From a virus (lineage: Duplodnaviria > Caudoviricetes): 44,159 nt of DNA. How positions within the stretch are numbered: the stretch's first letter is position 1; each line of letters starts with the position of its first letter. A program made the translations under genes and the position numbers. The notes under the pieces are model-generated. The model saw nothing but the letters and a program-made list of their open reading frames with translations, did not search any database and was not told where the DNA came from. This document shows, piece by piece, positions 1 to 8,280 of this stretch. Location of the stretch: the IMG/VR virus record IMGVR_UViG_3300037851_000130, positions 1-44,159 of that record, one strand, 5' to 3'.

Positions 1-232
1 CTCTTGAATATTTACCATAGAACCATTTATCAAATAGTCCTTGGTCTTGGTTAAGTATTGTTATCTTTCTGCCGATTACTTCTTCTATTTTCTTAATATA
101 TTCATAAAGTTCAGGATATTCAAAACCAGTATCTGCGAAAACTATTTCATCTACCTGCTGACCTGTTTCTAATAGTCGCAATAGCATTGCTGTTGAGTCC
201 TTACCACCACTGAAACTGACCATTGTTTTCAT
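1..232 (-). CDS. PAPS reductase family protein, N-terminal part (continues at the other window end)
   Basis: Hand translation MKTMVSFSGGKDSTAMLL...VFADTGFEYPELYEYI; SFSGGKDS PP-loop and DTG motif; frame runs off position 1. Confidence 0.9.
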   Translation of the reverse strand, partial: MKTMVSFSGGKDSTAMLLRLLETGQQVDEIVFADTGFEYPELYEYIKKIEEVIGRKITILNQDQGLFDKWFYGKYSR

Positions 233-346
233 TTACTTCACCCCCATAGTCCACCTTTCATATTTGATTCTGCATTCTAAACAACAGAACCAGCTTCCAT
301 CTTCAAGGGTCTTGGTTATTGGACTTAAGCAATTCTGGCATTCCAT
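233..346 (-). CDS. 37-aa Cys-rich (TRASH/zinc-binding-like) peptide
   Basis: Hand translation MECQNCLSPITKTLEDGSWFCCLECRIKYERWTMGVK; stop abuts next ATG. Confidence 0.55.
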   Translation of the reverse strand: MECQNCLSPITKTLEDGSWFCCLECRIKYERWTMGVK

Positions 347-494
347 CAAACAACGCCTTTATCTTATTGTATACTTCCTCAACACTGTATCCTTTAACTG
401 TTAGAGATTTTGATTTTTCGGTTGATTTCTGTTTAAGACATATTACTGTTATTCCCAGTTCGCTTCGCTTTCTTCCTTTTCTTGTGCTTATCAT
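303..494 (-). CDS. small basic hypothetical protein, paralog of 41742..41966
   Basis: ORF track; GGTGA upstream; GITV...KSKSLTV...KIKALF resembles GISI...RAKSMTI...KIRDTF. Confidence 0.6.
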   Translation of the reverse strand: MISTRKGRKRSELGITVICLKQKSTEKSKSLTVKGYSVEEVYNKIKALFDGMPELLKSNNQDP

Positions 495-519
495 ACTAAT
501 ATATATCACCTTCTTGTAT

Positions 520-783
520 TTATAGTTTTGTCATATTCTTTACTGACATTATAACTTGCTCTTCGTCTTTAAACTTATGCGGTATGCCTTTACGCCATGC
601 TTCTGGTGTAGTAATATATGCGTCTTCTGTCTTGTCTTCGTTCTCAATAATCAATACTATGTCTTTGGTTTTAATCTTGTCTAACTCACATTTTTGAATA
701 GCGTATCCGTTGTACAGTTTGAAGTAATGAGTAGACTTCTTTCGGATTATAGTTCTGTCTCCATTCTTTATGATTACGCTCAT
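520..783 (-). CDS. hypothetical protein
   Basis: ORF track, GGAG RBS, packed in operon. Confidence 0.7.
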   Translation of the reverse strand: MSVIIKNGDRTIIRKKSTHYFKLYNGYAIQKCELDKIKTKDIVLIIENEDKTEDAYITTPEAWRKGIPHKFKDEEQVIMSVKNMTKL

Positions 784-922
784 AGCTTACTCCTCCTGGT
801 CCTCTGATAGTTTTTAATTCTTTGGTAGACATGGGTATACCTGCATTTCGTTTTCTGATTAGGTATTCCAGTCGTGCTTGTTTTCTTCTCATTTCTCTAT
901 TCATACTTGGACTTTGAAACAT
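686..922 (-). CDS. hypothetical basic protein
   Basis: ORF track; starts immediately after the upstream stop. Confidence 0.5.
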   Translation of the reverse strand: MFQSPSMNREMRRKQARLEYLIRKRNAGIPMSTKELKTIRGPGGVSYERNHKEWRQNYNPKEVYSLLQTVQRIRYSKM

Positions 923-1207
923 CTACATCATCTTTGCTAAATATATAAATAGCGTGTTAGCCATTGCTTTATCTCCATCTGATTCAAGCTTATGACCCAA
1001 GTTCTTTTCTGTTATATCTATGCATTCTTTTTGCAGTGTTTGGACTTCAAGGATAGCCATTTCTAAACTTCTTGCTTGTTCTACTTCTTTTGGTATTCCT
1101 TCATCTGCCATTCTTATTGCATAACATTTCTTACAAATTTTCTTATAAGACTCGTTATCTTCAAGTTTCATAAGATACCCACATTGCTCACATTTTTTCT
1201 CTATCAT
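923..1207 (-). CDS. zinc-ribbon protein
   Basis: CEQC...CKKC pairs; ATGA overlap; GGAGGT RBS. Confidence 0.7.
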   Translation of the reverse strand: MIEKKCEQCGYLMKLEDNESYKKICKKCYAIRMADEGIPKEVEQARSLEMAILEVQTLQKECIDITEKNLGHKLESDGDKAMANTLFIYLAKMM

Positions 1208-1683
1208 TTTTTACCTCCTCCATAGTTCCATGGTCTTAATCCTAATTTAGACCAATGGTTTTGTTTAAATTTTTCTAATCTATTATCTGATTCCATATGA
1301 CATTTTCTGCATAGCCATACAAAATCATTTATATCTCTTCTGTATTCGCCAGATATATTTGCTAAATCTATTGGTTTATTTGAACAATACTCACACTTTA
1401 TTGGTTTTTTCTTATTTCTTCTAACCCAAGCGTGTAGTGCATTATATCCTACATCTTCTTTCCACATATTATTACGTTTACCAGTATTTTTAATTCCTAT
1501 TTTCTTCTTTGATTCGATTGTATGTTTCCATTTACCAGTTCCAATTACTGATATACCAAGTCTAAATAATTTATGATATACACTTTGTTCTGTTCTTCTG
1601 AGATAGAAAGCAAGTTCTAATCCAGTCTTACTTTTATTATTTTCTTTTAAAAATTCTATCTCTTCATTTGTCCATCTTTTCAT
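1204..1683 (-). CDS. HNH homing endonuclease with Myb-like and NUMOD3-like N-terminus
   Basis: WTNEEIEFLKE, KHTIESKKKIG, YNALHAWVRR, CEYC...DLANISGEY...LCRKCH. Confidence 0.85.
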   Translation of the reverse strand: MKRWTNEEIEFLKENNKSKTGLELAFYLRRTEQSVYHKLFRLGISVIGTGKWKHTIESKKKIGIKNTGKRNNMWKEDVGYNALHAWVRRNKKKPIKCEYCSNKPIDLANISGEYRRDINDFVWLCRKCHMESDNRLEKFKQNHWSKLGLRPWNYGGGKK

Positions 1684-1687
1684 AAAA

Positions 1688-1903
1688 TCACTTCATTATT
1701 TTCTTTGTTTTATTGCTTAGCAAATAATATACTAAGTTTCCTATTCCTAATGTCCACCATACTGTTAATAGGAATACTAATAAATGTCCTCCTAATGTTC
1801 CAGTATGTTTTTTCATTAATACATATTCGCTTGTTTCCTCTTCTACCTCGAAATCGTTTGCTTGATACATCTTGATTTCTTGTCTTACTTCATTACTCTT
1901 CAT
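1688..1903 (-). CDS. small membrane protein
   Basis: Hydrophobic HLLVFLLTVWWTLGIGNLVYYLL; GGAGGT RBS before ATG 1903. Confidence 0.75.
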   Translation of the reverse strand: MKSNEVRQEIKMYQANDFEVEEETSEYVLMKKHTGTLGGHLLVFLLTVWWTLGIGNLVYYLLSNKTKKIMK

Positions 1904-1926
1904 TTTATCTACCTCCAATTTTTAAC

Positions 1927-1998
1927 TATCCGCCAAAACTATCAGAGCGATGAAAGGTGGGCGATATTAAGAAATAACGCGACCTTTGGATAACTCTG
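1927..1998. other. structured intergenic element (hairpin plus potential pseudoknot)
   Basis: AAAGGT/ACCTTT, GCG/CGC and TATT/AATA stems plus crossing CAGAG/CTCTG and TATCC/GGATA pairs. Confidence 0.4.
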
Positions 1999-2014
1999 TT
2001 AATCTTGTTTACGG

Positions 2015-2203
2015 CTATTCTACCTCCTTTAATATTCCTTCTCTCATTCTTAGTTCTATTTCTTTTTCTATCAATTCGTTTAATAGTTTTGTTGCTGTTA
2101 ATAGTTCTCTTCCTTTTAATCTTGGTGCTCTGTTAAATTGTAATACTCCATCTTCTAATATTTCTATTTTTTCAACCAGTGGGTCATGTTTTTGTTCTCT
2201 CAT
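2015..2203 (-). CDS. hypothetical protein
   Basis: ORF track; GGAGG upstream. Confidence 0.6.
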   Translation of the reverse strand: MREQKHDPLVEKIEILEDGVLQFNRAPRLKGRELLTATKLLNELIEKEIELRMREGILKEVE

Positions 2204-2261
2204 TTTATCATTCCTCCTATGCGTTTTTCTCCGTTTAGGTTTCTGTATACTTTTAAGGTTA

Positions 2262-2414
2262 TCATCTTCTCTCCTCCTTTGCCCATTTTCTCAAACATGG
2301 AATACACTGGTCTGCACATGCTCCCATATTTTCATACATCTTAATCCATTTTGGGTTATCCATATCTCTTTCAAATTCTGCTCCACATTCCATACATTTT
2401 CTCTTTTGTATCAT
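2262..2414 (-). CDS. 50-aa zinc-finger peptide
   Basis: Hand translation MIQKRKCMECGAEFER...CADQCIPCLRKW; ATGA overlap with upstream stop. Confidence 0.65.
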   Translation of the reverse strand: MIQKRKCMECGAEFERDMDNPKWIKMYENMGACADQCIPCLRKWAKEERR

Positions 2415-2746
2415 TGTAGCCACCCCATTACTTCATCTCTTGCTTTTGCTAATCTTTTTAATCCTTCTTTTTCTTCTTTAGTTTGTTTTGTCATTTTATT
2501 CATCCTCCTTGGAACTGAGACTTCGTTATCGATTACTTCTAAGTTTCTTGCCTCTCTTCTATCAATTTTCGTTTTTATGTACTTGTAAAGTTCCTTATCA
2601 TATACTGCTTCCACATGTTTCCATACAAATTTTCCTGTAGGAACATTTGTGTATATTGGTGTTTGAAACATTTTGTTTATCTTTCCTGTTTCTACTGTTT
2701 TAAATTCAATTTCCTTTACATCCCAACTCATTATTTTTGTTGTCAT
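2411..2746 (-). CDS. hypothetical protein
   Basis: ORF track; GGTGA RBS; first gene after an AT-rich intergenic region. Confidence 0.7.
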   Translation of the reverse strand: MTTKIMSWDVKEIEFKTVETGKINKMFQTPIYTNVPTGKFVWKHVEAVYDKELYKYIKTKIDRREARNLEVIDNEVSVPRRMNKMTKQTKEEKEGLKRLAKARDEVMGWLQ

Positions 2747-2821
2747 TTTTTATCACCCGTTTTTTCATATTTCCAGTAGGGTTAATTAAACCCTTTACTT
2801 CTAATTATATATTGTATATAT

Positions 2822-2845
2822 CTTATATATAAATCTATCTATTGT
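2822..2845 (-). promoter_or_regulatory. putative archaeal-type TATA promoter
   Basis: Minus strand ATAGATAGATTTATATATAAG in intergenic region upstream of 2746. Confidence 0.45.
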
Positions 2846-2860
2846 ATGTAATATATACTA

Positions 2861-3073
2861 CTAATAGGTAAAAATCTGTGGTTTCTCTTGTCCTTTGATT
2901 CGTGCTACTTCGAGTCTGTCTGCATCTCGCTTGACCAGACATTTTTCTACGCTGAACCTTTTACCACAGTTGATACAGGTCTTATATACTTTCGTTAGGT
3001 CTTGATGTTTTGTTATCGTTGCCTGTGATTTCCTGCACGTTGGATTGTCGCATATCACCAGTACTTTGCCCAT
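2861..3073 (-). CDS. zinc-ribbon protein
   Basis: CDNPTC...CINC; GGAGGT RBS before MGKVL. Confidence 0.7.
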   Translation of the reverse strand: MGKVLVICDNPTCRKSQATITKHQDLTKVYKTCINCGKRFSVEKCLVKRDADRLEVARIKGQEKPQIFTY

Positions 3074-3242
3074 GCTTCCACCTCCAGTATATTGCGTTGT
3101 ATTCCTCGACTTTAAGCTCGAGAGCATCTATCTTAACCAAGCATTCTTTTGCTATCTTAAGATGTTGTTCTCTTTTTGCTTCTATCTGTTTGATTGCTTC
3201 CTTGCAGTCATTGGCTTTCTTTAACCAGATTTCCATTGTCAT
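2982..3242 (-). CDS. coiled-coil hypothetical protein
   Basis: ORF track; GGTGGAG RBS. Confidence 0.6.
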   Translation of the reverse strand: MTMEIWLKKANDCKEAIKQIEAKREQHLKIAKECLVKIDALELKVEEYNAIYWRWKHGQSTGDMRQSNVQEITGNDNKTSRPNESI

Positions 3243-3447
3243 GTTTAAATCTCCACCTAAATGCATCTATTGGTGTCATTAGTCCTGTTACTCCAAGTGC
3301 TTTTTTAATACTGTTTACTACATAGTTGCTTATTCCAAATTTTCTCATTATTTCTCCGTCCAAAACTAATGCTGGTATTGATTCTGATTCATATTTTAAT
3401 TGGAGTTCTCTTACGAACTTTTCTAAGTCTTCGTACTTCATTGTCAT
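3208..3447 (-). CDS. small hypothetical protein (possibly DNA-binding)
   Basis: ORF track; GAGGAGGT RBS; TATA-like TTTTATATA near 3493-3501. Confidence 0.65.
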   Translation of the reverse strand: MTMKYEDLEKFVRELQLKYESESIPALVLDGEIMRKFGISNYVVNSIKKALGVTGLMTPIDAFRWRFKHDNGNLVKESQ

Positions 3448-3479
3448 TAAATTACCTCCTCGTTTTAGTTATTAATAAT

Positions 3480-3677
3480 TACACCTATCAAATATATAAA
3501 ACTATCTTTTTTTTACTTTTTGTTTATTTTTTTAGAAACAGCCGAGGACACCAAGACATCAGAAATGGTAGGTATGAGCAGTGGTGTAGGGAGGTATATA
3601 TTATATATATTATATAGTTATAGCAAATATAGATATAGATAGATAATAAAAAACAAAAAGCAAAAAGCAAAAAAAAA
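3480..3677. other. largest non-coding region: T-tracts (terminator-like on minus strand), AT-alternating block and a GC-richer core
   Basis: caaaaagcaaaaagcaaaaaaaa; gtatatattatatatattatatag; atagatatagatagata. Confidence 0.5.
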
Positions 3678-3905
3678 TTATTCGTATTCTCTTCTTACTA
3701 GTTCAATCAGTCTATCGGCTTTGTCATACCAACAAGGATAATAAGAAACGCTTACTCCGTCTATGTTTAGTGCTATTTGACCCAAATCTGTCATTTTAAA
3801 GTAGCAATCTACACTATCGTCTGCTTTACAATATTCCTGATGACATCCGTTCTTATATCTAAACGGACATGATTTTAGCATTCTATTTTCCTTCTTAATC
3901 TTCAT
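3678..3905 (-). CDS. Cys-rich hypothetical protein
   Basis: ORF track; GAGG before MKIKK; several Cys, similar in style to 3980..4192. Confidence 0.55.
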   Translation of the reverse strand: MKIKKENRMLKSCPFRYKNGCHQEYCKADDSVDCYFKMTDLGQIALNIDGVSVSYYPCWYDKADRLIELVRREYE

Positions 3906-3979
3906 ATTAATCTTCCTCAAAAGGATTAGACCAGCGTGGTCCACCATATTTCTTTACATTTTCTAAAAATATTTCAAAA

Positions 3980-4192
3980 TCATTCAATTTCATCACCCAT
4001 ATCTTCTGGTAGTTTACACTTAAAATAGAAAGCTGATAATCCCCTAACTACTGGAATATAAACCAGCTCCTCTCCTTTGAAATCGCAAACTATATCTTCC
4101 TCGTGTCCCATGCCTATCAGTGGCTTATAACCACAGATATAAGTTGCTCCTTCTTTGGTACTAACGATTTTTAAATAATCACATACTTTCAT
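3980..4192 (-). CDS. Cys-rich hypothetical protein
   Basis: ORF track; GGTGG RBS. Confidence 0.6.
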   Translation of the reverse strand: MKVCDYLKIVSTKEGATYICGYKPLIGMGHEEDIVCDFKGEELVYIPVVRGLSAFYFKCKLPEDMGDEIE

Positions 4193-4305
4193 TCAACCAC
4201 CCCAAATATTCTTTCAAAACACTTGTTAGCGTAATACTCACTTGTTGGACATGTAACCATAATCATTTCTATTATTTCTTTTTTACTTCGGTTGCTACAT
4301 ATCAT
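4189..4305 (-). CDS. 38-aa hypothetical peptide
   Basis: Hand translation MICSNRSKKKIIEM...; ATGA overlaps at both ends. Confidence 0.45.
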   Translation of the reverse strand: MICSNRSKKEIIEMIMVTCPTSEYYANKCFERIFGVVE

Positions 4306-4511
4306 AATAACTCATCATATCCACATATTAAACAGGCAATATTGTTGCAAAGTTGAATATCTTTACTAATTAAACCAAAGTTATCTTTTGTTATTTTTAC
4401 CTTGCATATTGAACAGTGTATGTTCTCCATTTCGCATGCTTTCATAACAAAATCAAATGCGTCTTTGCTCAATTCAATGTGTTCAATTTCTTTAGTCATT
4501 TTATCAGCCAT
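4302..4511 (-). CDS. zinc-finger protein
   Basis: CSIC...CNNIAC. Confidence 0.6.
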   Translation of the reverse strand: MADKMTKEIEHIELSKDAFDFVMKACEMENIHCSICKVKITKDNFGLISKDIQLCNNIACLICGYDELL

Positions 4512-4735
4512 TTCTTTGGTATTATTGTTATATCCAACTCGTCTCCTGCGTCTTCGGTGCAGATGATAATTCCATATTCGTCTGTATATATTTTATGCCC
4601 AGAGGTTTTAATAATTTCCATAAGCTGTCTTGTATCTGCTGTATCTTTTAGCTTCTGTTTTTCTATCCTCGTATGCGTAACAGCATCATACCATTCAAAT
4701 ATTTTAGGTTTACCTTTTAGTTTTTTGATTTCCAA
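4496..4735 (-). CDS. hypothetical protein
   Basis: TTG start after GGTGAGG; EWYDA...G...IIPKKW pattern. Confidence 0.65.
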   Translation of the reverse strand: MEIKKLKGKPKIFEWYDAVTHTRIEKQKLKDTADTRQLMEIIKTSGHKIYTDEYGIIICTEDAGDELDITIIPKKWLIK

Positions 4736-4865
4736 CTATCCTCACCTTCGAACTTAGCCCTCTTGGACAATCTATTGGGTCTGTGCAAATCTGTCTGAAG
4801 TACTTGCATACCTGACATTCTTTATCTACCCACATATAATCATATTTTCTTATTTTCTTACTCAT
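4710..4865 (-). CDS. 51-aa Cys-rich peptide
   Basis: Hand translation MSKKIRKYDYMWVDKECQVCKYFRQICTDPIDCPRG... Confidence 0.5.
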   Translation of the reverse strand: MSKKIRKYDYMWVDKECQVCKYFRQICTDPIDCPRGLSSKVRIVGNQKTKR

Positions 4866-4894
4866 TGTATCAACTTTAGTTTACACCTATTAAC

Positions 4895-5710
4895 TTAGAT
4901 TGACACATGCATGTCCCATCTTTTACCATTTAGTTTAACTTTCGCACATCCCTTTTTACCAGGACGATAGTTTTTCATTTCTCCATAACTACCTTCGTAA
5001 TCCGTGAAGTGTCCTGTACATACATAATAGACTTTCTTCCTTTTTACGGTTTTGTTTCTATAGTCTACGCTTCGTTTATCTTCAGATAGAACTGCTGTCT
5101 CATGCATATGTCCCATAAGGTATAAGTCGGCATCAAATGATTCGCCGAGTCTTCTTACCGCTCGTAACTTACCTTCCTGAGTTGTTGCACCTGAGCCACC
5201 ATGCGTACTATATATCGTGTAATTATTATCTCCTACTTTTACTTTTGTAAATGTAGCGAAACCTAAGTATGGTACTTTAAGGTCTCTGCATAAAGATTTA
5301 GTTATGTTAATACCTGCTTCTCTCCATACTCTGAACTCATGATTACCCATGTGCAATCCCCAGATTCTATTTCTAATTGGATAGAGCATTTCGTAAAGTT
5401 GTTCATAAGAACTATCTGGATTTTCTATCTCAGTATATATATCACTCTTTGAATTCTTTAAAGCGAGGTTTAGATAATCTCCCATTCCTATCATGTAAGA
5501 TTCTGATTCTTTAATATAATCTAATGTCCCCTGAAACAAATCTACATCACAATCTCCAGAACCATAATGAACATCACCCACTGGTACTAATCTAACCTCA
5601 GAAGCTTTTGGGTAGTTCTTAATGAGAAGTTGTCTTCCGCCTATTGGAATATCCTCAGCTATCTTCTTTGCCACACTACCACCCATTTTAAACCTAATGG
5701 TTTTTTTCAT
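4895..5710 (-). CDS. calcineurin-like metallophosphoesterase
   Basis: GDVH, MGD, GNHE, THG and GHMH metal-binding motifs. Confidence 0.9.
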   Translation of the reverse strand: MKKTIRFKMGGSVAKKIAEDIPIGGRQLLIKNYPKASEVRLVPVGDVHYGSGDCDVDLFQGTLDYIKESESYMIGMGDYLNLALKNSKSDIYTEIENPDSSYEQLYEMLYPIRNRIWGLHMGNHEFRVWREAGINITKSLCRDLKVPYLGFATFTKVKVGDNNYTIYSTHGGSGATTQEGKLRAVRRLGESFDADLYLMGHMHETAVLSEDKRSVDYRNKTVKRKKVYYVCTGHFTDYEGSYGEMKNYRPGKKGCAKVKLNGKRWDMHVSI

Positions 5711-5748
5711 TTAATTAACCTTTGTATACTTAAGGATATTATTAACAA

Positions 5749-6783
5749 TTAAAAAGATTCAAATAATTTAATTGCTTTTTCTGCACTCTTTTCCCATGTA
5801 AATTGCTTTGATATCTCTATGGCGTTTTTAGATTTCTCAGCTAATAGTTCTCTGTTTTCATATGCTTCTCTCATAGCCTTTCTTATCTGCATTACATCTG
5901 GATATGCCCAGTCTGCTTCTTCATAAAACAAACTTCTATCTGTTGCCTTGATTACTTCATAGCCGATTAACCACGAGTTTTCATTATTACAGAAATCAAG
6001 ATGACCACCATAGTTTGTTACTATTGCTGGTGTTCCACATGACATTGCTTCGAGTATATTTAATCCGAATCCTTCTGCTTTTGTTGGACATACTAATACA
6101 TCTGAATTTCTATACATCTCTGCCATTTGCTGTGTTGATACATTATCACTATTTACCATTATTTTTGTTGATGCATTGCCTTTGAGATTTAAAGACTTAA
6201 TCATTTCTGGGTAATTTAAATTTCCATATGCTGGATTTATTTTAACTATAAATCTTACATTCTCATCACCGAACTCTTCTGTGAATGCTCTTAGTGCTAA
6301 ATCCAGACCACTTCTGTCATTTTTATACTGACTCCAGCCTTTGTTAAATAAAAATGTAAATATATTATTTTCCTTTTGAATATGCTCATTGAATACGGCT
6401 CTGTCTACTCCTTCTGGGATTACATGACTTTCAAAACCACCTGCCTTAAATGCATCCTTCACATGGTTGCTTGGAACTATTATATGGTCTGCCATTTTAC
6501 AGTATCGTTTCCAAGAAGTGTGTATCTTGCTTCCTTCAAATACTCCGAATCCTACTGTTTTTCCTATTTTTCTCCAAGAATAAGGCAGGTCTATAAATAT
6601 GTTTATACCATCTCGGTTTGGTTTTTTCCACATTAGCTCGTGTATCTTTTCATCGTTTTGGAATACCTTTTGTGTTTCAATACTTACATCGATTCCAGCT
6701 TTATCCAGTGCTTTGGCGAACTCCCTTGTGTGTGTTGCAAAACCACTTATACCATTTGGATTTCCCACCAAATTGATTTTCAT
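5749..6783 (-). CDS. glycosyltransferase family 4 (GT-B)
   Basis: SGFAT N-terminus; EGFGLNILEAMSCGTPAI (EX7E motif). Confidence 0.92.
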   Translation of the reverse strand: MKINLVGNPNGISGFATHTREFAKALDKAGIDVSIETQKVFQNDEKIHELMWKKPNRDGINIFIDLPYSWRKIGKTVGFGVFEGSKIHTSWKRYCKMADHIIVPSNHVKDAFKAGGFESHVIPEGVDRAVFNEHIQKENNIFTFLFNKGWSQYKNDRSGLDLALRAFTEEFGDENVRFIVKINPAYGNLNYPEMIKSLNLKGNASTKIMVNSDNVSTQQMAEMYRNSDVLVCPTKAEGFGLNILEAMSCGTPAIVTNYGGHLDFCNNENSWLIGYEVIKATDRSLFYEEADWAYPDVMQIRKAMREAYENRELLAEKSKNAIEISKQFTWEKSAEKAIKLFESF

Positions 6784-6932
6784 CTTCCATGACCTCCGTA
6801 TTTTAAATCACAACTATAACAAAGAACTCGTCCATTATTTATATCAAATCTTAAATCTGGATATTTAGCAAATGATTTTATGTGGTCAGTTACTGGTATA
6901 TTTTTACTTCCATGTCCTTTTTGAAATTTCAT
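6780..6932 (-). pseudogene. internally deleted mini-HNH endonuclease (50 aa)
   Basis: Hand translation [50 protein letters not shown]; ATGA overlaps on both sides; lacks first CxxC. Confidence 0.7.
6832..6926. repeat. 95-bp exact direct repeat, copy 1 (copy 2 at 27105..27199)
   Basis: ccattatttatatcaaatc...catgtcctttttgaaa identical at both loci by manual alignment. Confidence 0.95.
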
Positions 6933-7744
6933 TTAAATGGTTCACCTTTTTCTTTGTATAATTTTTTAACCTCGTCTTTAAAGTGCTGGTCTGCCATTTG
7001 GACTTCCTGAACATAGTTAGCGTGTCTTACTCCACCACTTGGACATCTTAAATGCCATGCAATAGCTCCAGTATCTGTCATCATTTTCCATCCAGCATAA
7101 GCTATCTTAAGACAATAAATTGATTCTTCCCTGAATCCAGATATACCATAATCAAGCGGATATTTTCCTATCTGTTCGTGGATTTCCCTTCGCATTATAA
7201 ATGAGCTTCTAAGATGATGGCTTAATAATACTTTATTATTTTCATACTCATATCCACCATCATCAGCCATGTTTATATTTCCCTCTGAATCAAATGTTAT
7301 TTTATTGAATATCTTTAAGATATTAGCATCTCTTATTACTCTTGGTGGTGCATAATTTGGAACTATCCCCCCACAAGCACCAACGCTTTTATCTTCCATT
7401 ATTTTTACAAGACGTTCTAAATAATCTGACTCTAATATTGAATCATCATCTATTCTAAGAACTAATGGATTGTTGGTTGTATCTATTTCAAATGCATAGT
7501 TTCTTGCCTGACATACACCCAATACTTCTGGACTTACATCATAAATTACTTTATGACCATCTTCGATTAGTCTGTCTATAATCATATTGATAAAAGTGTG
7601 TGTTTGGATTACTGGAACTGGCCTCGAGTCATCTAATATAACTATATCGAAATTCTGATATGTCTGTCTTCTTATACTTTCTAATAGAAATCCAAGCTCA
7701 CTGCTTCTGTCTTTTGTTACTATATGTATTGTTAGTCTTTCCAT
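6929..7744 (-). CDS. glycosyltransferase family 2 (GT-A)
   Basis: IVTKDR, ILDDS, QARN, RIDDD, REES, AIAWH. Confidence 0.9.
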   Translation of the reverse strand: MERLTIHIVTKDRSSELGFLLESIRRQTYQNFDIVILDDSRPVPVIQTHTFINMIIDRLIEDGHKVIYDVSPEVLGVCQARNYAFEIDTTNNPLVLRIDDDSILESDYLERLVKIMEDKSVGACGGIVPNYAPPRVIRDANILKIFNKITFDSEGNINMADDGGYEYENNKVLLSHHLRSSFIMRREIHEQIGKYPLDYGISGFREESIYCLKIAYAGWKMMTDTGAIAWHLRCPSGGVRHANYVQEVQMADQHFKDEVKKLYKEKGEPFK

Positions 7745-7818
7745 ATATACCACACCATCTGTGCTGTTTTCAATGCCGCCAAATATACTAAAACTATTAA
7801 TATATATTCTTCATACAT
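7732..7818 (-). CDS. 28-aa membrane peptide
   Basis: Hand translation MYEEYILIVLVYLAALKTAQMVWYIWKD; GGTGA RBS. Confidence 0.45.
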   Translation of the reverse strand: MYEEYILIVLVYLAALKTAQMVWYIWKD

Positions 7819-7993
7819 TTTTTTCACCTTTTGTTCCTGTTGTACCTAAGTTTGTATTATATAGATTTGCATTGCTGATAAACTGGCTCATTATGTTATC
7901 TCTTACTTCTATAATTGCTACTGCCTTTCCAAAGTAATATCCGATATAAAATATTATTAATGCTCCAACGATATACAATATATATTCAATCAT
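7811..7993 (-). CDS. small membrane-anchored protein
   Basis: N-terminal hydrophobic helix; ATGA overlap. Confidence 0.65.
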   Translation of the reverse strand: MIEYILYIVGALIIFYIGYYFGKAVAIIEVRDNIMSQFISNANLYNTNLGTTGTKGEKNV

Positions 7994-8280
7994 ATTCTTA
8001 CACCTCGTTTTTTAGCTCTGCCGTAATCATCCTTTATTCTTACTATATCCTCTTCAAGTCCATGGCTTACTTCAAGCAATTCTATTGGTCCAACTAATCT
8101 GTGGCATTCTCCCGGTTTAATTGTGTGCATAGTTCCATCTTTGTATATCCATGTTTCTATTTTTTCATTATGATATTGAAGTGATGTCCTGTGTCCATCA
8201 TTTACGACTATCTTTTTTATTTTGTAATACATATTGTCTTCAAGCACTTCAAAATATCCCCACGGCCTTTCTTCTTTCAT
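7990..8280 (-). CDS. cupin, mannose-6-phosphate isomerase type II C-terminal-like
   Basis: ERPWG, SLQYH, E-W, HRL, EVS, EDIVRIKDDYGR. Confidence 0.85.
   Translation of the reverse strand: MKEERPWGYFEVLEDNMYYKIKKIVVNDGHRTSLQYHNEKIETWIYKDGTMHTIKPGECHRLVGPIELLEVSHGLEEDIVRIKDDYGRAKKRGVRI

Noticed and set aside
3590-3677. CRISPR or mini-array
   Set aside because: Only low-complexity short repeats; no repeat-spacer periodicity here or elsewhere that I could see
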